DNA of 64,000 nt from an uncultured Acidobacteriota bacterium (lineage in GTDB: Bacteria > Acidobacteriota > Thermoanaerobaculia > UBA5066 > DATFVB01). The DNA is taken from positions 891 through 64,890 of the forward strand of contig CAVZCI010000017.1 of the NCBI GenBank assembly GCA_963773815.1, written 5' to 3'. Numbering within the stretch: position 1 is the stretch's first letter; every line of letters begins with the position of its first letter. Below, one piece after another: positions 42,418 through 54,504 of this stretch. Position numbers and translations under genes: made by a program. Below the pieces are notes generated by a model. The model was given only the letters and a program-made list of their open reading frames with translations, was not told where the DNA came from and made no database searches.

Positions 42418-43763
42418 GGAAGATCTCCTTTCTGGGGTCCGAGTGCCTCGACCTGGAGAATGAATCCCTTCTTTCCGACGACGCGCACGGTGGAGCCGGA
42501 GGCGATCGGCGATTCCGCCGACGCGTCCCAGTACTCCCCGTGCGCGAGAACGCGGCCGTTCGGAGCGAGCTCGGTCAGCGCCTTGCCGGTCTCTCCGATC
42601 AGCCCCTCGGGGCCTGTCCGGACGGGCCGGCGGCGGACGGCCGCGGCGCGCATCGAGAGCGCGGCGAGGCTTCCCGCGGCCACGACCGCCGCCGGAAGCA
42701 GGAGGGAAAGCCGCACCCTGTACCCGACCGGATTGCCGGAGAACAGCAGCACGGAGCCCGCGACGAAGCTGGCCGCGCCGGAGAGCGCGAGCATCCCGTG
42801 CACGGGGAACTTCACCTCCGCGACGATGAACACGACGCCGAGCGCGATCAGCCCCAGGGCCGCGACGTTGACGGAAAGGACGGAGAACGCGTAGAGCGCG
42901 AGGAGCAGGGAAATGCCCCCCGCGACGCCGGGCAGCACCGCGCCGGGATGCGAGAGCTCGAAGTAGATCCCGACGAGGCCGATGAGAAAGAAAATGTACG
43001 CGAGGTTCGGCTCCGACACGATTCCGAGAGCGCGCTCGACGGGGCCCATTTCGAGGAAATCCCACCGCGGGTTCTTCAAGTGGAGGACGATTCGGCCTCC
43101 CGCCGTCCGCGCGGCCGAGAAACCGTCGATCTTCTCGCACAGCTCCACGGGATCGCGCGCGATGAACTCGATCAGCTTCTTCTCCTTCGCCTCGCCCTCG
43201 GTGTAAGAGATGCTGTCGGTCACCGCTCTGGCCGCGGCCGCGGCATCGCGGCCGTGAGCCGCGCACAGCGTGCGGATCTGGGCGAGAGCGTCCTGCTCGA
43301 CCTTCTTGCCGAGAGTCTTCGGAATATCTTCGCCCTGCCCGCCCACCGGGTGGGCCGCGCCCGTGTTCGTTCCGGGCGCCATCGCCGCGACGTCTCCCGC
43401 CAGGAGAATGAAGAACCCGGCCGAAGCGGCCCGGGCTCCGGAGGGATACACGAACGTGGCCACGGGGACCTTCGAGTTGACGATCGCGGTCGTGATTTCC
43501 CGCATCGAGGTCATCAGGCCGCCCGGCGTCGACAGCTCGATCACGAGGAGCGCGGCCTTTTCCTCCTCCGCGCGGCGAATCGATCTCTTGAGGAAATCGG
43601 CTGCGGCCGGATGGATTTCGCCGTCGAGCGGGCACACGACGACGAGAGGACGTTCCGGCAGCCGCGACGGCTGGGCCGCCGGGGCCGCCGCCTGCCCGGC
43701 CGCAACGGGCGTCAGCGCGGCCAGCAGGATACCGAACCCGGCGAGCCGCTGGAGGAAGAGCAC
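42414..43763 (-). CDS. nfeD: Long-form NfeD membrane serine protease
   Basis: TPGG, AASAG, GAAHPV, GEYW; adjacent to slipin. Confidence 0.92.
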   Translation of the reverse strand: MLFLQRLAGFGILLAALTPVAAGQAAAPAAQPSRLPERPLVVVCPLDGEIHPAAADFLKRSIRRAEEEKAALLVIELSTPGGLMTSMREITTAIVNSKVPVATFVYPSGARAASAGFFILLAGDVAAMAPGTNTGAAHPVGGQGEDIPKTLGKKVEQDALAQIRTLCAAHGRDAAAAARAVTDSISYTEGEAKEKKLIEFIARDPVELCEKIDGFSAARTAGGRIVLHLKNPRWDFLEMGPVERALGIVSEPNLAYIFFLIGLVGIYFELSHPGAVLPGVAGGISLLLALYAFSVLSVNVAALGLIALGVVFIVAEVKFPVHGMLALSGAASFVAGSVLLFSGNPVGYRVRLSLLLPAAVVAAGSLAALSMRAAAVRRRPVRTGPEGLIGETGKALTELAPNGRVLAHGEYWDASAESPIASGSTVRVVGKKGFILQVEALGPQKGDLP

Positions 43764-43797
43764 GTCCGGATTCTATCCGAATGATAAAATCCGGCGA

Positions 43798-44700
43798 ATG
43801 TCCCGGCGGCCGCTCGAAGTGCTCAACCTCGCCGTGGTGGCGATGCTCGCGGGCGTGGCGGCGCTGTGCGCGTTCGCGGGACGGCTCCCTGCCTGGCCCG
43901 GAGTCCTCGGGCGCTATGGCTGGATGATCGTGTTCCTGCTGATCATTTCGTTCCTCGTGCGCCGCGAAGACCGGCTTCCCCGGGCTCTCCGCATCGCGGT
44001 CAATTTTTATCCGATGGCCGTGATCCCGATGATCTACGAGAGCCTCGGCGTGCTGATCCCGGCGGTGCGAGGCGGTGAAAAGGACGCCTGGCTCATCGCG
44101 GCCGACCGCGCGGTTTTCCACGTCGACCCGACCGTCTGGCTGGAGCGGTTCGTCTGGCCGCCCCTCACCGACCTCCTGCTGATCGCGTACGCGACCTATT
44201 ATTTCTTTCCGATCTTCGTCGGCGCGGCGCTCTGGAAGAAGAACCCCGCTCTCGCGCGGAAGTTCATCTTCTGCCTCTCGTTCACCTTTTACGTCTCCTA
44301 CCTGGGCTATTTTCTCGTGCCCGCAAAGGGACCCCGGGTGTCTCTCGCCGCGGAGCAATCCGTCCGGATCGAGGTCACGCCCATCTCGAGGGCGATTTCC
44401 GCGAAGCTGAACGAGCTCGAACACACGAAGGACGACGCGTTTCCTTCGGGCCACACGATGGTGACCGTCTTCTGCCTGCTCGTCGCCCGGCGCGAGGCGA
44501 ACCGCCTGTTCCGCGCGTGGCTTCCGATCGCGACGCTGCTCGTGGTTTCGACGATCTACTGCCGCTTTCATTACGTCGTCGACGTGGGCGCGGGGCTCGC
44601 TCTCGCGTTCGCCTGCGTTCCGCTCGGCGAGCGGCTGTACGCGTGGATGAAGAGCGGCGCCTCCATGCCGTCCGGATTCGCGAACCCGGCGAGGGATTAG
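43798..44700 (+). CDS. PAP2-superfamily membrane protein, Aur1/IPC-synthase-like
   Basis: [22 protein letters not shown]. Confidence 0.8.
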   Translation: MSRRPLEVLNLAVVAMLAGVAALCAFAGRLPAWPGVLGRYGWMIVFLLIISFLVRREDRLPRALRIAVNFYPMAVIPMIYESLGVLIPAVRGGEKDAWLIAADRAVFHVDPTVWLERFVWPPLTDLLLIAYATYYFFPIFVGAALWKKNPALARKFIFCLSFTFYVSYLGYFLVPAKGPRVSLAAEQSVRIEVTPISRAISAKLNELEHTKDDAFPSGHTMVTVFCLLVARREANRLFRAWLPIATLLVVSTIYCRFHYVVDVGAGLALAFACVPLGERLYAWMKSGASMPSGFANPARD

Positions 44701-44711
44701 CTCCGCACCGG

Positions 44712-45995
44712 ATGCCCAGCCCTTTCCGAGCGCTCCGGCATCGCAACTTCCAGCTCTTTTTCGGAGGGCAGCTCGTGTCGCTGGTCGGCACCTGGATGCA
44801 GACGATCGCCGAGTCCTGGCTCGTCTACCGGCTCACCGGCTCCGCGGCGAAGCTCGGGATGGTCGGGTTCTGCGCGCAGATTCCCGTATTCCTCATCGCG
44901 CCGATCGGGGGCGCGGCCGCCGACCAGAGCAACCGCCGGCGCACGCTCCTCTTCACGCAGGGCACGGCGATGATCTTCGCGCTCGCGTACGCCGCGCTGA
45001 CCCTGACGCACCGGATCCAGATCTGGCAAATCTTCGTTCTCGCCGCGCTGCTCGGCGTCGTCAACGGCTTCGACATCCCGACCCGGCAAGCTTTCGTCGT
45101 CGACATGGTGGGGAAAGAGGACCTGATGAACGCGATCGCGCTCAACTCGTCCATGTTCAACGGCGCCCGCATCGTCGGGCCCGCCGTCGCGGGCATCCTC
45201 GTCGCTTCGGTCGGCGAGGGATGGTGCTTCTTCATCAACGGCGTGAGCTACCTCGCCGTGATCACCGGCCTCCTGATGATCACCCTCCCGCACCGACGCC
45301 TGGAGAAAGGGCGCGGCTCCCGCGCGCGGCGGATCGCGGAAGGGTTCCGCTTCACGGCCACGACCCGGCCGATCGCCGGCCTCCTCCTGCTGCTGGGCCT
45401 CGTGAGTCTCGCCGGAATGCCTTACGCCGTCCTGATGCCGATCTTCGCCGACCGCGTGCTCCACGGGAACGCGCGAACCCTCGGGGCGCTGATGAGCGCC
45501 TCGGGCGTCGGCGCGCTCCTCGGCGCGTTCACGCTCGCGTTCCGCCGCGGGCTGCAGGGGCTCGGGAGGTGGGTGGCCGCCGCCGCCGCCGGCTTCGGCG
45601 CGGCGCTCATCGCGTTCTCCTTCTCGCACACGGTTTGGATTTCCGCCGCCCTCCTCGTCCCGGTCGGCTATGCGCTCATGGTCGAAATGGCCTCTTCCAA
45701 CACGCTCATCCAGTCGATGGTGCCCGACGAGCTGCGCGGACGGGTGATGTCGGTCTATTCGATGATGTTCATGGGGATGGCCCCGGTCGGAGCGCTGCTG
45801 GCGGGATTCTCGGCGCACGCCTTCGGCGCCGCGCGGACCGTTGCGGCGGGCGGCATGCTGTGCGTCGCCGGCGCCGGCGCGTTCGCCTGGAAGCTCCCCT
45901 CCCTCCGGACGGAAGGACGCCGGCTCATTCTCGCGCAGCAGGCCGTCGCGGGAGAGCCGCCGGCGGGAGTCACGGGAAACGCCGGGGAAGACTGA
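44712..45995 (+). CDS. MFS transporter
   Basis: [26 protein letters not shown], many TM segments. Confidence 0.9.
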   Translation: MPSPFRALRHRNFQLFFGGQLVSLVGTWMQTIAESWLVYRLTGSAAKLGMVGFCAQIPVFLIAPIGGAAADQSNRRRTLLFTQGTAMIFALAYAALTLTHRIQIWQIFVLAALLGVVNGFDIPTRQAFVVDMVGKEDLMNAIALNSSMFNGARIVGPAVAGILVASVGEGWCFFINGVSYLAVITGLLMITLPHRRLEKGRGSRARRIAEGFRFTATTRPIAGLLLLLGLVSLAGMPYAVLMPIFADRVLHGNARTLGALMSASGVGALLGAFTLAFRRGLQGLGRWVAAAAAGFGAALIAFSFSHTVWISAALLVPVGYALMVEMASSNTLIQSMVPDELRGRVMSVYSMMFMGMAPVGALLAGFSAHAFGAARTVAAGGMLCVAGAGAFAWKLPSLRTEGRRLILAQQAVAGEPPAGVTGNAGED

Positions 45996-46029
45996 GAAAC
46001 GAAATGCGTCCTTCGGACTCTCGAGGCGA

Positions 46030-47157
46030 TCAACGCCCGACGGGCTTCTCGTAGATCCGGTAGCGCTTGTAGACCCTGCCGTCGAAGAGATCGATCGGCC
46101 GCTGGACCATGACGTTGTCTTCCAGGATCCAGGAGATCTCGCACGACTCGTACCCGGCTTTCAACATCGCCTTCAACGACTCGGCGAACATCACGGCGTC
46201 GATGCCGCGGCTGCGGTATCCCTTCTTGATCCCGAGCGTGATCAGGCGCGTCATCTTCGGCGTCTTCCAGCCGAGCAGGTAAGCGAGGAATCCGAAGATC
46301 TTCGGCGTCAGGAGCCGCCCCTTCAGCGGCTTCATCGCCTCGTTGTAGTCGGGAAGGCTCATCATGAACGCGACCGGCTCGGCCGGCGTCTCGGCCAGGA
46401 GCATGATGTCTTCGGCGAGAAGCGGCTTGAGACGCGCCGCCATGAAGTCGATGTCGCCGTCCGTCATCGGGACGAAGCCCCAGTTGTCTTCCCAGGCGGC
46501 GTTGTAGACCTCTTTGACCTTCGCGAGGTCGGCCGCGAGGGTCTTCTTCCGGATCGGGCGGATCGTCAGGTCCTTCTCGCGGCGGGAGAAACCCCGGGCG
46601 AGCCGGTCGAGCCGCTCGAGCGGCTTCGGATCGATCGCGATCTTGTACGCGAGGAGGTCCTTCGCCTTGACGAGCCCCGCGTCGTCGTAGAGCCGCAGGT
46701 AGTACCGCGGGTTGTACGTCATCATGAGGACCGGAGGGGAATCGAAGCCTTCGATCAGCAGCCCGCACTCGTCGTTCGTGGTCGGGTTCATGGGCCCGAG
46801 GATGCGATCCATCCCCTTCTCTCTCGCCCACGCCCCGACCCGGGCGAAGAGCTCGCGCGAGACCTCCGGATCGTCGATCGACTCGAAGAAGCCGAAGAAC
46901 GCGCTCTTCTCGCGGTGAAATTCGTTGTGGGCGCGGTCGAGGATTCCCGCGATCCGGCCGACGTCGCGGCCGCCGCGAACCGCCACCCAGAGCTTCATCT
47001 CCGCGTGCTCGAAGAGCGGGTTCGCCTTCGTGAAGACCTTCTTCAAATCGTCCAGGAGGGGGGCCACCCAGTTGGGATCGTCTCCGTAGATGGCGTACGG
47101 GACTTCGAGGAACCGGGCGACATCCGCCCGGGAGAGCGAGAGCTCGACGAGGTTCAA
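46030..47157 (-). CDS. GNAT-fold acyltransferase, probable bacterial ceramide synthase
   Basis: GRIA, FGFFES, GLLIEGF, NWGFVPM, SWILEDN; coupled to the spt-like gene. Confidence 0.75.
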   Translation of the reverse strand: MNLVELSLSRADVARFLEVPYAIYGDDPNWVAPLLDDLKKVFTKANPLFEHAEMKLWVAVRGGRDVGRIAGILDRAHNEFHREKSAFFGFFESIDDPEVSRELFARVGAWAREKGMDRILGPMNPTTNDECGLLIEGFDSPPVLMMTYNPRYYLRLYDDAGLVKAKDLLAYKIAIDPKPLERLDRLARGFSRREKDLTIRPIRKKTLAADLAKVKEVYNAAWEDNWGFVPMTDGDIDFMAARLKPLLAEDIMLLAETPAEPVAFMMSLPDYNEAMKPLKGRLLTPKIFGFLAYLLGWKTPKMTRLITLGIKKGYRSRGIDAVMFAESLKAMLKAGYESCEISWILEDNVMVQRPIDLFDGRVYKRYRIYEKPVGR

Positions 47158-48374
47158 ATCACGCCGAATTCTTTGCCCACTTTCTCGAGAGCCTCGAGGG
47201 CCCGGGAGAGGTGCTCCTCGGTGTGGGTCGCCATGTAGGACGTGCGCAGCAGGGCGCGTCCCTTCGGCGTCGCGGGCGAGACGACCGGGTTCACGAAGAC
47301 GCCTTCCTCGTGGAGGCGTTTGGACATTCCGAACGCGTGGTAGTCGTCGCCGACGACGATCGGGATGACCGGCGTCTCCGAGTCTCCCGTGTCGAAGCCG
47401 AGATTCCTCAGGCCCGCCATCATGAACCGGGTGTTGCGCCACAGGCGCTCGCGGCGATCGGGCTCCTTCTCGATGATGTCGACGGCCGCCGAGGCCGCCG
47501 CGACCGACGCGGGCGGGGGCGCCGCGGAGAAGATCATCGTCCGGGCCTGGTGTTTGATGAAATGAATCGTGTCCGCGTCGCCGCAGATGAACCCGCCGAT
47601 CGACGCGAGCGATTTCGAGAACGTCCCCATGATCAGGTCCACGTCGTCTTCCCGGCCGAAATGCTCGGCCGTTCCCCGGCCGTTCTTCCCGAGCACTCCG
47701 AGCCCGTGGGCGTCGTCCACCATCAGGCCCGCCCCGAATTCCCGGGCGACCTCGATGAGATCGGGAAGCGGGGCGATGTCGCCCTCCATCGAGAACACGC
47801 CGTCGACGACGATGAGCCGCCCCTTGCGGCAGCCGTCGTCCATCAGCCGCCGCAGGTCGGCGGCGTCGTTGTGCGCGAACTTCTTCGTGACCCCGAACGA
47901 GAGCCTCGCCCCGTCGATGATGCAGGCATGGTCCTGCTTGTCGAGGTAGACGACGTCGCCGCGCTCGACGAGGCAGGAAATCGCGCCCAGGTTGACCTGG
48001 AAGCCGGTCGAAAACGTGACGGCGGCCTCCTTGCCCATGAAACGGGCGAGCTTTTCCTCGAGGTCGACGTGGATGCCGAGCGTTCCGTTCAGGAAACGGC
48101 TGCCCGCGCAGCCGGATCCGTACCGGGCGATCGCGGCGCTCGCGGCTTCCTTGACCTTCGGGTGATTTGTAAGACCGAGATAGTTGTTCGAGCCCAGCAT
48201 GATCAACGGCTTGCCGTCGATCGTGACGACCGGATCCTGCGCCGATTCGATTACCCGGAAATAGGGCCACACGCCGGCCGCAATGATCTTGTCCGGCACG
48301 TCGTAGGTCCGGCACTTCTCGAAGAAGGGGACCCGCCTTTTTTCAGTTTGAACCGATACCGCGACTTTGCGCAA
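47154..48374 (-). CDS. spt: PLP alpha-oxoamine synthase, probable serine palmitoyltransferase
   Basis: [29 protein letters not shown]; start uncertain (48374 or 48410). Confidence 0.75.
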   Translation of the reverse strand: MRKVAVSVQTEKRRVPFFEKCRTYDVPDKIIAAGVWPYFRVIESAQDPVVTIDGKPLIMLGSNNYLGLTNHPKVKEAASAAIARYGSGCAGSRFLNGTLGIHVDLEEKLARFMGKEAAVTFSTGFQVNLGAISCLVERGDVVYLDKQDHACIIDGARLSFGVTKKFAHNDAADLRRLMDDGCRKGRLIVVDGVFSMEGDIAPLPDLIEVAREFGAGLMVDDAHGLGVLGKNGRGTAEHFGREDDVDLIMGTFSKSLASIGGFICGDADTIHFIKHQARTMIFSAAPPPASVAAASAAVDIIEKEPDRRERLWRNTRFMMAGLRNLGFDTGDSETPVIPIVVGDDYHAFGMSKRLHEEGVFVNPVVSPATPKGRALLRTSYMATHTEEHLSRALEALEKVGKEFGVI

Positions 48375-48413
48375 AGAGGCCTCCCTCCGCGATCCGCCGG
48401 AGTTTAGCAAATT

Positions 48414-49406
48414 TTACAATTGCGCGAAAGGCGGGGCAAGCCACCCCTCCCGCTCGTACCAGAGCGCGGTTTCGCGCATCCCCGCTCGCCAGTCCGCGAG
48501 GCCGGTGATCCCGAGATCGGCGAAGAACGGGAGGGGGTCGCAGATCCAGCCCGGCTGGAGGATTTCCGTCGCCTTGTCGCGGTTGAAGGGGCGCGCCCGG
48601 CGCGTGACGACCTCGCGGATCGACTCGGCCCAGCCGGCGGCGCGGACGAGAAAGGCGGGCACGGGAACGAGCCGCGCCGGGGGCTGCCGGAGGGAGGCAA
48701 TGTGGGAGACGACCTCTCGCAGGGTCGTCTCGTCTCCGGCGGCGAACCCGCGCCGGCCCGACAGGTCCGCTCGAACGGCGGCCGCCGCGATGATGCGGGC
48801 GAGGTCCGCAGCCCCGATCAGCTGAATCCTGCACCGGCCTCCCGCGAGCACGGGAGCCCAGCCGCGCGCGACGACCGAAAAAAGCTGCAACAGGCCCGGA
48901 TCGCCCGGCCCGTAGACCGCGCACGGGCGAATCACGCACCACGGCCCTTTCCGTTCGCGCGCGACCGCCTCCTCCCCTTCGAGCTTCGAGATCCCGTACC
49001 ACGAGACCGGGCGCGCGACGTCGTTTTCGCGGACCGGAACTCCGCCGAGCGAAGGTCCCGCGGCCGATTGGGACGAAACGAAGACGAACATCGCCCGGGG
49101 GCACGCCCGCGCCGCCGTCCGCGCGAGCAACGCCGTCGCGTTCGCGTTCGTCTCCCGGTACTCCGAGAGAGAGCGCGCCTTCGTCGCTCCCGCGACGTGG
49201 ACGACCGCGTCGCATCCTTCCAGCGACCGTGCGTATTCCGCCGGATTCCCCAGTTCGGCCGCGATGACCTCCACGTCTCGGGGCAGCAGGCCGGGCCGCT
49301 CAGGACGGCGGACGAGCGCCTTGACCCTCCAGCCGTCGGCCGCGAACTTCCGCGCCGCGTGGCTTCCGACGAATCCCGTCGCTCCGGTGATGAAAACGGA
49401 TTTCAC
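48414..49406 (-). CDS. NAD-dependent epimerase/SDR, probable ceramide reductase
   Basis: TGATGFVG, YGISK, VYGPGD; gene context. Confidence 0.7.
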   Translation of the reverse strand: MKSVFITGATGFVGSHAARKFAADGWRVKALVRRPERPGLLPRDVEVIAAELGNPAEYARSLEGCDAVVHVAGATKARSLSEYRETNANATALLARTAARACPRAMFVFVSSQSAAGPSLGGVPVRENDVARPVSWYGISKLEGEEAVARERKGPWCVIRPCAVYGPGDPGLLQLFSVVARGWAPVLAGGRCRIQLIGAADLARIIAAAAVRADLSGRRGFAAGDETTLREVVSHIASLRQPPARLVPVPAFLVRAAGWAESIREVVTRRARPFNRDKATEILQPGWICDPLPFFADLGITGLADWRAGMRETALWYEREGWLAPPFAQL

Positions 49407-49419
49407 TTCCGCTAAAATA

Positions 49420-50414
49420 ATGCATATTCCAAAGAAAAGCCGATCCCTCGGGCTGTTTGCCGCAATGCTGGGCTTCGCGGGATGCGGCGCGGCGCCGGCT
49501 TTCCTTCGTTTCGACCCCGCGGCGCCCCTCGCGATCCTGAAGCCCGAGCTCTCGCGCTGGGTCGAGGACGATTTTCCGCGCGAAGCCGTCTCCGCGCGAC
49601 GGCGTCGAACGCGCGGTCTTCGAGCGGATCAACGCCGACCGGGCCGGCGCGGGACTCGCCCCCGTTCTCTGGGACGAGAAAGCGGCGGCCCTCGCCCGCG
49701 CCTACACGCGGCAGCAGATCGCCGACGGCACCGTCGGGCACTTTCTCCTCGACGGCGTGCCTCCCTATGCCCGCCTCTCCCGGTCCGGGAGATCTCGGGG
49801 CGAACTCGGAAAACGCGGCCGCGTTCATGACGTCCTCCGGCCACCTGTGGGACAGCCCGAAGGATCTCGCGTTCCTCGGCGAAAAGGAGATGCTCCACGA
49901 AAAGCCTCCCAACGACGGCCACCGGCGGGCGATCCTCGACCCGCTCGCCACGCACGTGGGGGTCGGCTGGGCGCTCGAGGGAGGCGACTTTCGCCTCGCG
50001 GAGGAATTCACGACCCGCGGGTACGACTCCCTGCGGGTCGTCCGCGTCGGCGCGGACGGCGCGTCGATCCGGGTGCGGGGCAAAGCTCTCGACCGGCGGA
50101 CGCTCGATTTCGTTTCGGTCGCGGTTCAGCCGTTCCCCTCGCGGCTCACGCGCGAGGAAGTCAACTCGCGGCGTTCCTACTCCTATCCGACCCCGAGATG
50201 GGCGCTGATGCCGGCCGCCTCGAGCGCGTACGCGGTCGGACTGCATACATTCCATTGCCTCGTGCCGTCGGTTCACGGAAAGTTCTCGTTCGAGTATCAG
50301 CTGGACCGGCCGGGGCTCTGGACGTTCGTCCTTTATTTTCAGGAGAAGGGACGCGGCGGCACTTACGCGGGGGGCTCCGTGAGCGTCTGGGTCGGAGACG
50401 ACCGCCACGTTTAG
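49420..50414 (+). CDS. CAP-domain putative lipoprotein (frameshifted)
   Basis: FAGC lipobox-like, ENAA, GHRRAILDP..THVGVG. Confidence 0.7.
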
Positions 50415-50422
50415 CCCAGGAT

Positions 50423-50442
50423 GTATATGTTGGTGATATACT
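50423..50442. promoter_or_regulatory. Putative TA operator overlapping a -10 box
   Basis: GTATAT-N7-ATATAC; TATACT 6 nt before the GTG. Confidence 0.55.
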
Positions 50443-50448
50443 ATTCCG

Positions 50449-50787
50449 GTGGGCTTCCCGGAGCGGCTCCGAAATGCGACCGGCTTCCAGTGGGACGCCG
50501 GAAATCTCGAAAAGAGCTCCCGGGCGCACGGGGTCGAATTCTGGGAATCGGAAGAGATCTTTTTCAATCAACCGTTCGTCGTTTTGCGAGACGAGAAGCA
50601 TTCGACAAACGAAGAACGGTATTTCGGGCTTGGCAAGACGGATCTCGGGCGGCACTTGCTCGCGGTCTTCACCCTCCGCGGAACCGAGATCCGAGTCATC
50701 TCCGCACGCGACATGAGCCGCAGGGAAAGGACGGTATTCGAAAAGCATGAAAAAGAAGGTCAGGAAGGTTCCGAAGTTCCGGAGTGA
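50449..50787 (+). CDS. BrnT-family toxin
   Basis: FQWD, HGV.F, HSTNEER, IRVISAR. Confidence 0.88.
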   Translation: MGFPERLRNATGFQWDAGNLEKSSRAHGVEFWESEEIFFNQPFVVLRDEKHSTNEERYFGLGKTDLGRHLLAVFTLRGTEIRVISARDMSRRERTVFEKHEKEGQEGSEVPE

Positions 50788-51028
50788 GGCCGAGGAGCGC
50801 CGGTTCTGGTCGAGTCACGACTCGACCGAGTACCTCGACTGGTCGAACGCCAGCTCGATACATCTGACGAAGCTGCGGCCGACGCTGAAAACGATCTCGC
50901 TTCGGCTTCCAGCCGCCTTGATCGCGGAGCTCAAAGTTCTCGCGAACCGGCGTGACGTGCCATACCAGTCGCTTCTCAAGACATTTCTCGCCGAGCGAGT
51001 GCGGGAGGAGTGGAAAGCGAGCGCGTAG
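50747..51028 (+). CDS. BrnA/CopG-like antitoxin
   Basis: PKFRSEAEERRFW..HD, ISLRL, VPYQSL. Confidence 0.88.
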   Translation: MKKKVRKVPKFRSEAEERRFWSSHDSTEYLDWSNASSIHLTKLRPTLKTISLRLPAALIAELKVLANRRDVPYQSLLKTFLAERVREEWKASA

Positions 51029-51072
51029 ACATCTCGCACGCCGAAGGGAGCCCGACGGCGGATGCTTTCTTC

Positions 51073-52287
51073 TTACAGCCCTCTGACAAACTCTCCGAAC
51101 AGGCGCATGCCTTTCTCGATCTCGTCGCGCGCCGCCGCGAATGAGAAACGGATGTAGCGGTCCTCGCCGAACGCCGCGCCGGGAATCGTCGCGACGGCGG
51201 CCCGCTCGAGCAGCACTTTCGAGAAATCGACCGAACCCGGCACTCCCGCCCGCGGATAGAGCGCGGACACGTCGGCGAACGCGTAAAACGCACCGTCGGG
51301 CGGCGGGCAGCGAACTCCGGAAACCGCGTTTAGAGCGGACACGACCCGGTCCCGGCGAATCGCGTACTCCGAGAGCATCTTCGCCACCGATTCGTCCGCG
51401 CGCTCCACCTCCGTGAGAGCCGCGAGCGCCGCCTCCTGGGAAATCGACGAGGCGTTCGAAGTGGAATGGCTCTGGTACGCGGACATCGCGGCGATGACCG
51501 GCTTCGGCCCGACGCCCCAGCCGAGGCGCCATCCCGTCATGGCGTACGTCTTGGAGGCCGCGCCCGAGATGAGAACGTGCTCGGCGTGGTCCGTCCACAG
51601 ATCCGTGGGAGAGGCGTGGGCCCTTCCCTCGTAGAGAAAGAATTCGTAGCACTCGTCGTAGAGCACGAAGAGTCCCCGATCGCGCGCCCAGGCCAGGATT
51701 TTCGCGAGGTCGGCCGCCTCGATCGCCGCTCCGGTCGGGTTGTTCGGAGAGTTCAGAATGAGGCCCTTCGATTTTTCCGTGACGAACGGCCGCAGGTCCT
51801 CGAGCGTCGGACGGAACGCGTTCTCCGCCCGCGCCGGAGCAATCACCGGCGTCGCCCCCGCCAGGCGGACCATTTCCGGAAACGACACCCAGTAGGGCGA
51901 GAAGAACAGGACCTCGTCTCCCTCCTGGAAGAGCACCTGGCACGCGTTGAAGAGAGTCTGCTTGCCTCCGGCGGAGACCGCGACCTGGGACGAGTCGACC
52001 GCGGCGCCGCGCCGCCGGAATTTCGCGGCGATCGCCTCGCGCAGGGAAATCTCGCCGGGAGTGTCCGTGTACCGCGTGCGGTTTCCCTCGATCGCCCGAA
52101 TGCCCGCCTGCTTCACGAAATCCGGAGTCGGAAAATCGGGCTCCCCGACGCCGAGGTCGACGACGTCGCGCCCCTGCCGGCGCATCTCCGCGAGGGTTCG
52201 CGAAATCGCGAGCGTCGGCGAGGGCCGGATCGATTCGACGCGACGCGTCAGCCGCTGGGACGTCTCGACTCCTATCTTCGCCCGCAC
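51073..52287 (-). CDS. Class I PLP aminotransferase (aspartate aminotransferase-like)
   Basis: GEPDF, NSPNNPTG, DECY, SKTYAMTGWRLG. Confidence 0.92.
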   Translation of the reverse strand: MRAKIGVETSQRLTRRVESIRPSPTLAISRTLAEMRRQGRDVVDLGVGEPDFPTPDFVKQAGIRAIEGNRTRYTDTPGEISLREAIAAKFRRRGAAVDSSQVAVSAGGKQTLFNACQVLFQEGDEVLFFSPYWVSFPEMVRLAGATPVIAPARAENAFRPTLEDLRPFVTEKSKGLILNSPNNPTGAAIEAADLAKILAWARDRGLFVLYDECYEFFLYEGRAHASPTDLWTDHAEHVLISGAASKTYAMTGWRLGWGVGPKPVIAAMSAYQSHSTSNASSISQEAALAALTEVERADESVAKMLSEYAIRRDRVVSALNAVSGVRCPPPDGAFYAFADVSALYPRAGVPGSVDFSKVLLERAAVATIPGAAFGEDRYIRFSFAAARDEIEKGMRLFGEFVRGL

Positions 52288-52299
52288 CTCAAAAATCTA

Positions 52300-53462
52300 T
52301 CACGCGGCCGCGCGGGCGCGGCGCCGCCAGGTCTTTCGAAACGCCCCGAAGACCGTCCATTTCTTCCGCCCGGACACAACGAGAACGATCTCGAGCACGC
52401 ACCACCCTCCGTAGACCGCGATCATGGCGTCGCGCGTCGCGGGAAGAGCGAACTGGATCAGCCAGAACAGGAAGAGGATCGCGGCCTCGTAACCGGTCAA
52501 CGACATCGAGGCGAGAAGAAGCCATCCCAGGAGCGATTGCAGCACCGTCAGAAGAATCTCGATTCGCTGGTGGTGATCGAGCGGAAGGGGCGCCGTCGAA
52601 TGGTGGGAAATGCAATAGATCACGGGAATGAGGCCGGAGAGAACCGACCACTGGTTGATGTTCGAAGAGACGAGATTCATGATCGCGACCGGCGCCCGCG
52701 TGATCCGGCGCGCCCAGAGGAAGGCGGAGACCTTCTCCGGGAATTCCGACAGGAACGGCGCGACCCACTGGACGAACACGAATTCCGACACGCCGAGGGA
52801 GACCGCGAGCGAGAGCAGGCTGTCCAGAAAAGGATGCGCGGTGAAGTAAAGAATCGCCCCTCCGCCCAAAAACAACGCGATCACCGCGACGCCCCGCCAC
52901 CGCCCGGGGAAAGAGAGCGCCCAGCGCGATACAAGCGGAACGTCGACGGGCCGTTCGACGTCGTCGCTTCGGGGCGGGAGGCGCAGGAGCAGCACGAGGT
53001 AGGCGACGTACATTCCGCAGAGGATGCCGGCGTCGATCAGGCCGAGCGTGCCCTTCGCGATGATCACGAAAAAGTACAGGACCGGCGGAAGAAGGCCGAC
53101 GACTTCGACCGAGTGGTGCACGCGAAGGCGCATGCCGGAATAGATCTTTCCCTTCCGCTTCGCCGACCACCAGGCGACGACGTAGACCATCGGCCATCCG
53201 AGCCCGACGAGCAGCCGCAGGGAGCCCGTAAAGTTCGCGATCGCGAGGTGGACCATCGAGGGGTCCTTACCCGCGTGCCACGCAATGACGGCTTCGACCG
53301 CGAATTCCGGCGCCGTCTGGAGCCACGCGAGGAGAGCGAGCGCGAGGCCCTGGGACATCAGGAACTCCGCGGCTTCCGCTCCCCAGGCGACGAGGAACGC
53401 CGCGGCGAGCATGGCCGGGAACGTCCAGAGCGCGGTCGCGGCCGCTCCGTCTGGGAATTCAC
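52300..53462 (-). CDS. CaCA-family cation antiporter-like protein (start uncertain)
   Basis: LQTAPEFAVE, ANFTG, PFLSEFPE, SSNINQW alpha-repeat-like motifs. Confidence 0.75.
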
Positions 53463-53511
53463 GGCGCCTGTTATAGCACTTGCCGAAGCTCGTTCGGAGT
53501 ACGATCCGCGG

Positions 53512-54292
53512 GTGATCGAGTCGACGCGGAACCCGCGCGTCCAGTCCCTGCTTCGCGCGGTCGCCGAGCGCGAGCTCTTCGTCCTCGAAGGCGAGAAATT
53601 CATCCTCGACGCGGCGGCCGGAGGATTCGAGTTCGAGGAGATCTTCCACGACGACCACCTGAAACCGGGGCGGCTCTCCGCCCTCGCGCGCCACCGGACG
53701 ACTCCCGTCCGCCGCGAAGTGCTCGCGAGGTTCTGCGAGGCCTCGACGCCGCAGCACGCCGTGGGGCTCGCCCGCCGCCGCGAATCCTCCGCAGCCGAAA
53801 TCCTCGCCGCCGGCGGCCCGGCCGTCTACCTCGACTCCGTCCAGGACCCCGGCAACGTCGGCGCGATCGCCCGGGTCCTCGAGGCCGTCTCGGGAGCGGG
53901 CCTGCTCGCCTCCGAGGGCTGCGCGGACCTGTTCCACCCGCGCGTCGCTCCGGGGCTCGGCTGGCAGCCTCCTGCGGATCCGGGCCGCGTCGAGCGTCGA
54001 TTTCCGGCTCGCGGCCGACGAGGCGCGCAAGGCGGGGCGCGAGATCTGCGGAACGGGCGGCAGGGGCGCGGAGGACCTCTTCTCGGCGCGATTCGAGAAG
54101 CCCGCCCTCTGGGTGTTCGGCTCGGAGGGCGCCGGGCTCTCCCCCGCCGTGCGGCGGCACGTGGAGCGGCGCATCGCGATTCCGCTCGCGTCGCCCGTCG
54201 AATCGCTGAACGTCGCCGTCGCCGCCGGCGTGATCCTGTTCACGACTCTTCGCCTCTCCCAGCGGGAGAGGCCGCCGCAAAGCGGCGGGTGA
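53512..54292 (+). CDS. TrmH/SpoU RNA methyltransferase (frameshift near 53945)
   Basis: QDPGNVGAI.R, FGSEGAGL, ESLNVAVA. Confidence 0.88.
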
Positions 54293-54369
54293 GGGAGCTC
54301 CCGGTCAGACACAGGCTCCCCCCTCACCCGGCGGGCGTCGCCTGCCGACCTCTCCCGCCGGGAGAGGGA
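54253..54369. repeat. Inverted doublet of CCCTCACCC/CTCTCCC-GGGAGAGG palindromes
   Basis: 54253-54295 and 54319-54369 in opposite orientation; the first contains the trmH stop. Confidence 0.7.
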
Positions 54370-54504
54370 ATTTGGAGGATGGCTCCATGTGCGACGTCGG
54401 CGAGCGAGCTATTTCTTGGGCGGCTGACGGGACGGGCCGGGATCGGCCGGGCGGGGCTCGGCTTCCTCGGCGCGACGATCTTCTTCTGCCGGTTCCCGAT
54501 CGAC

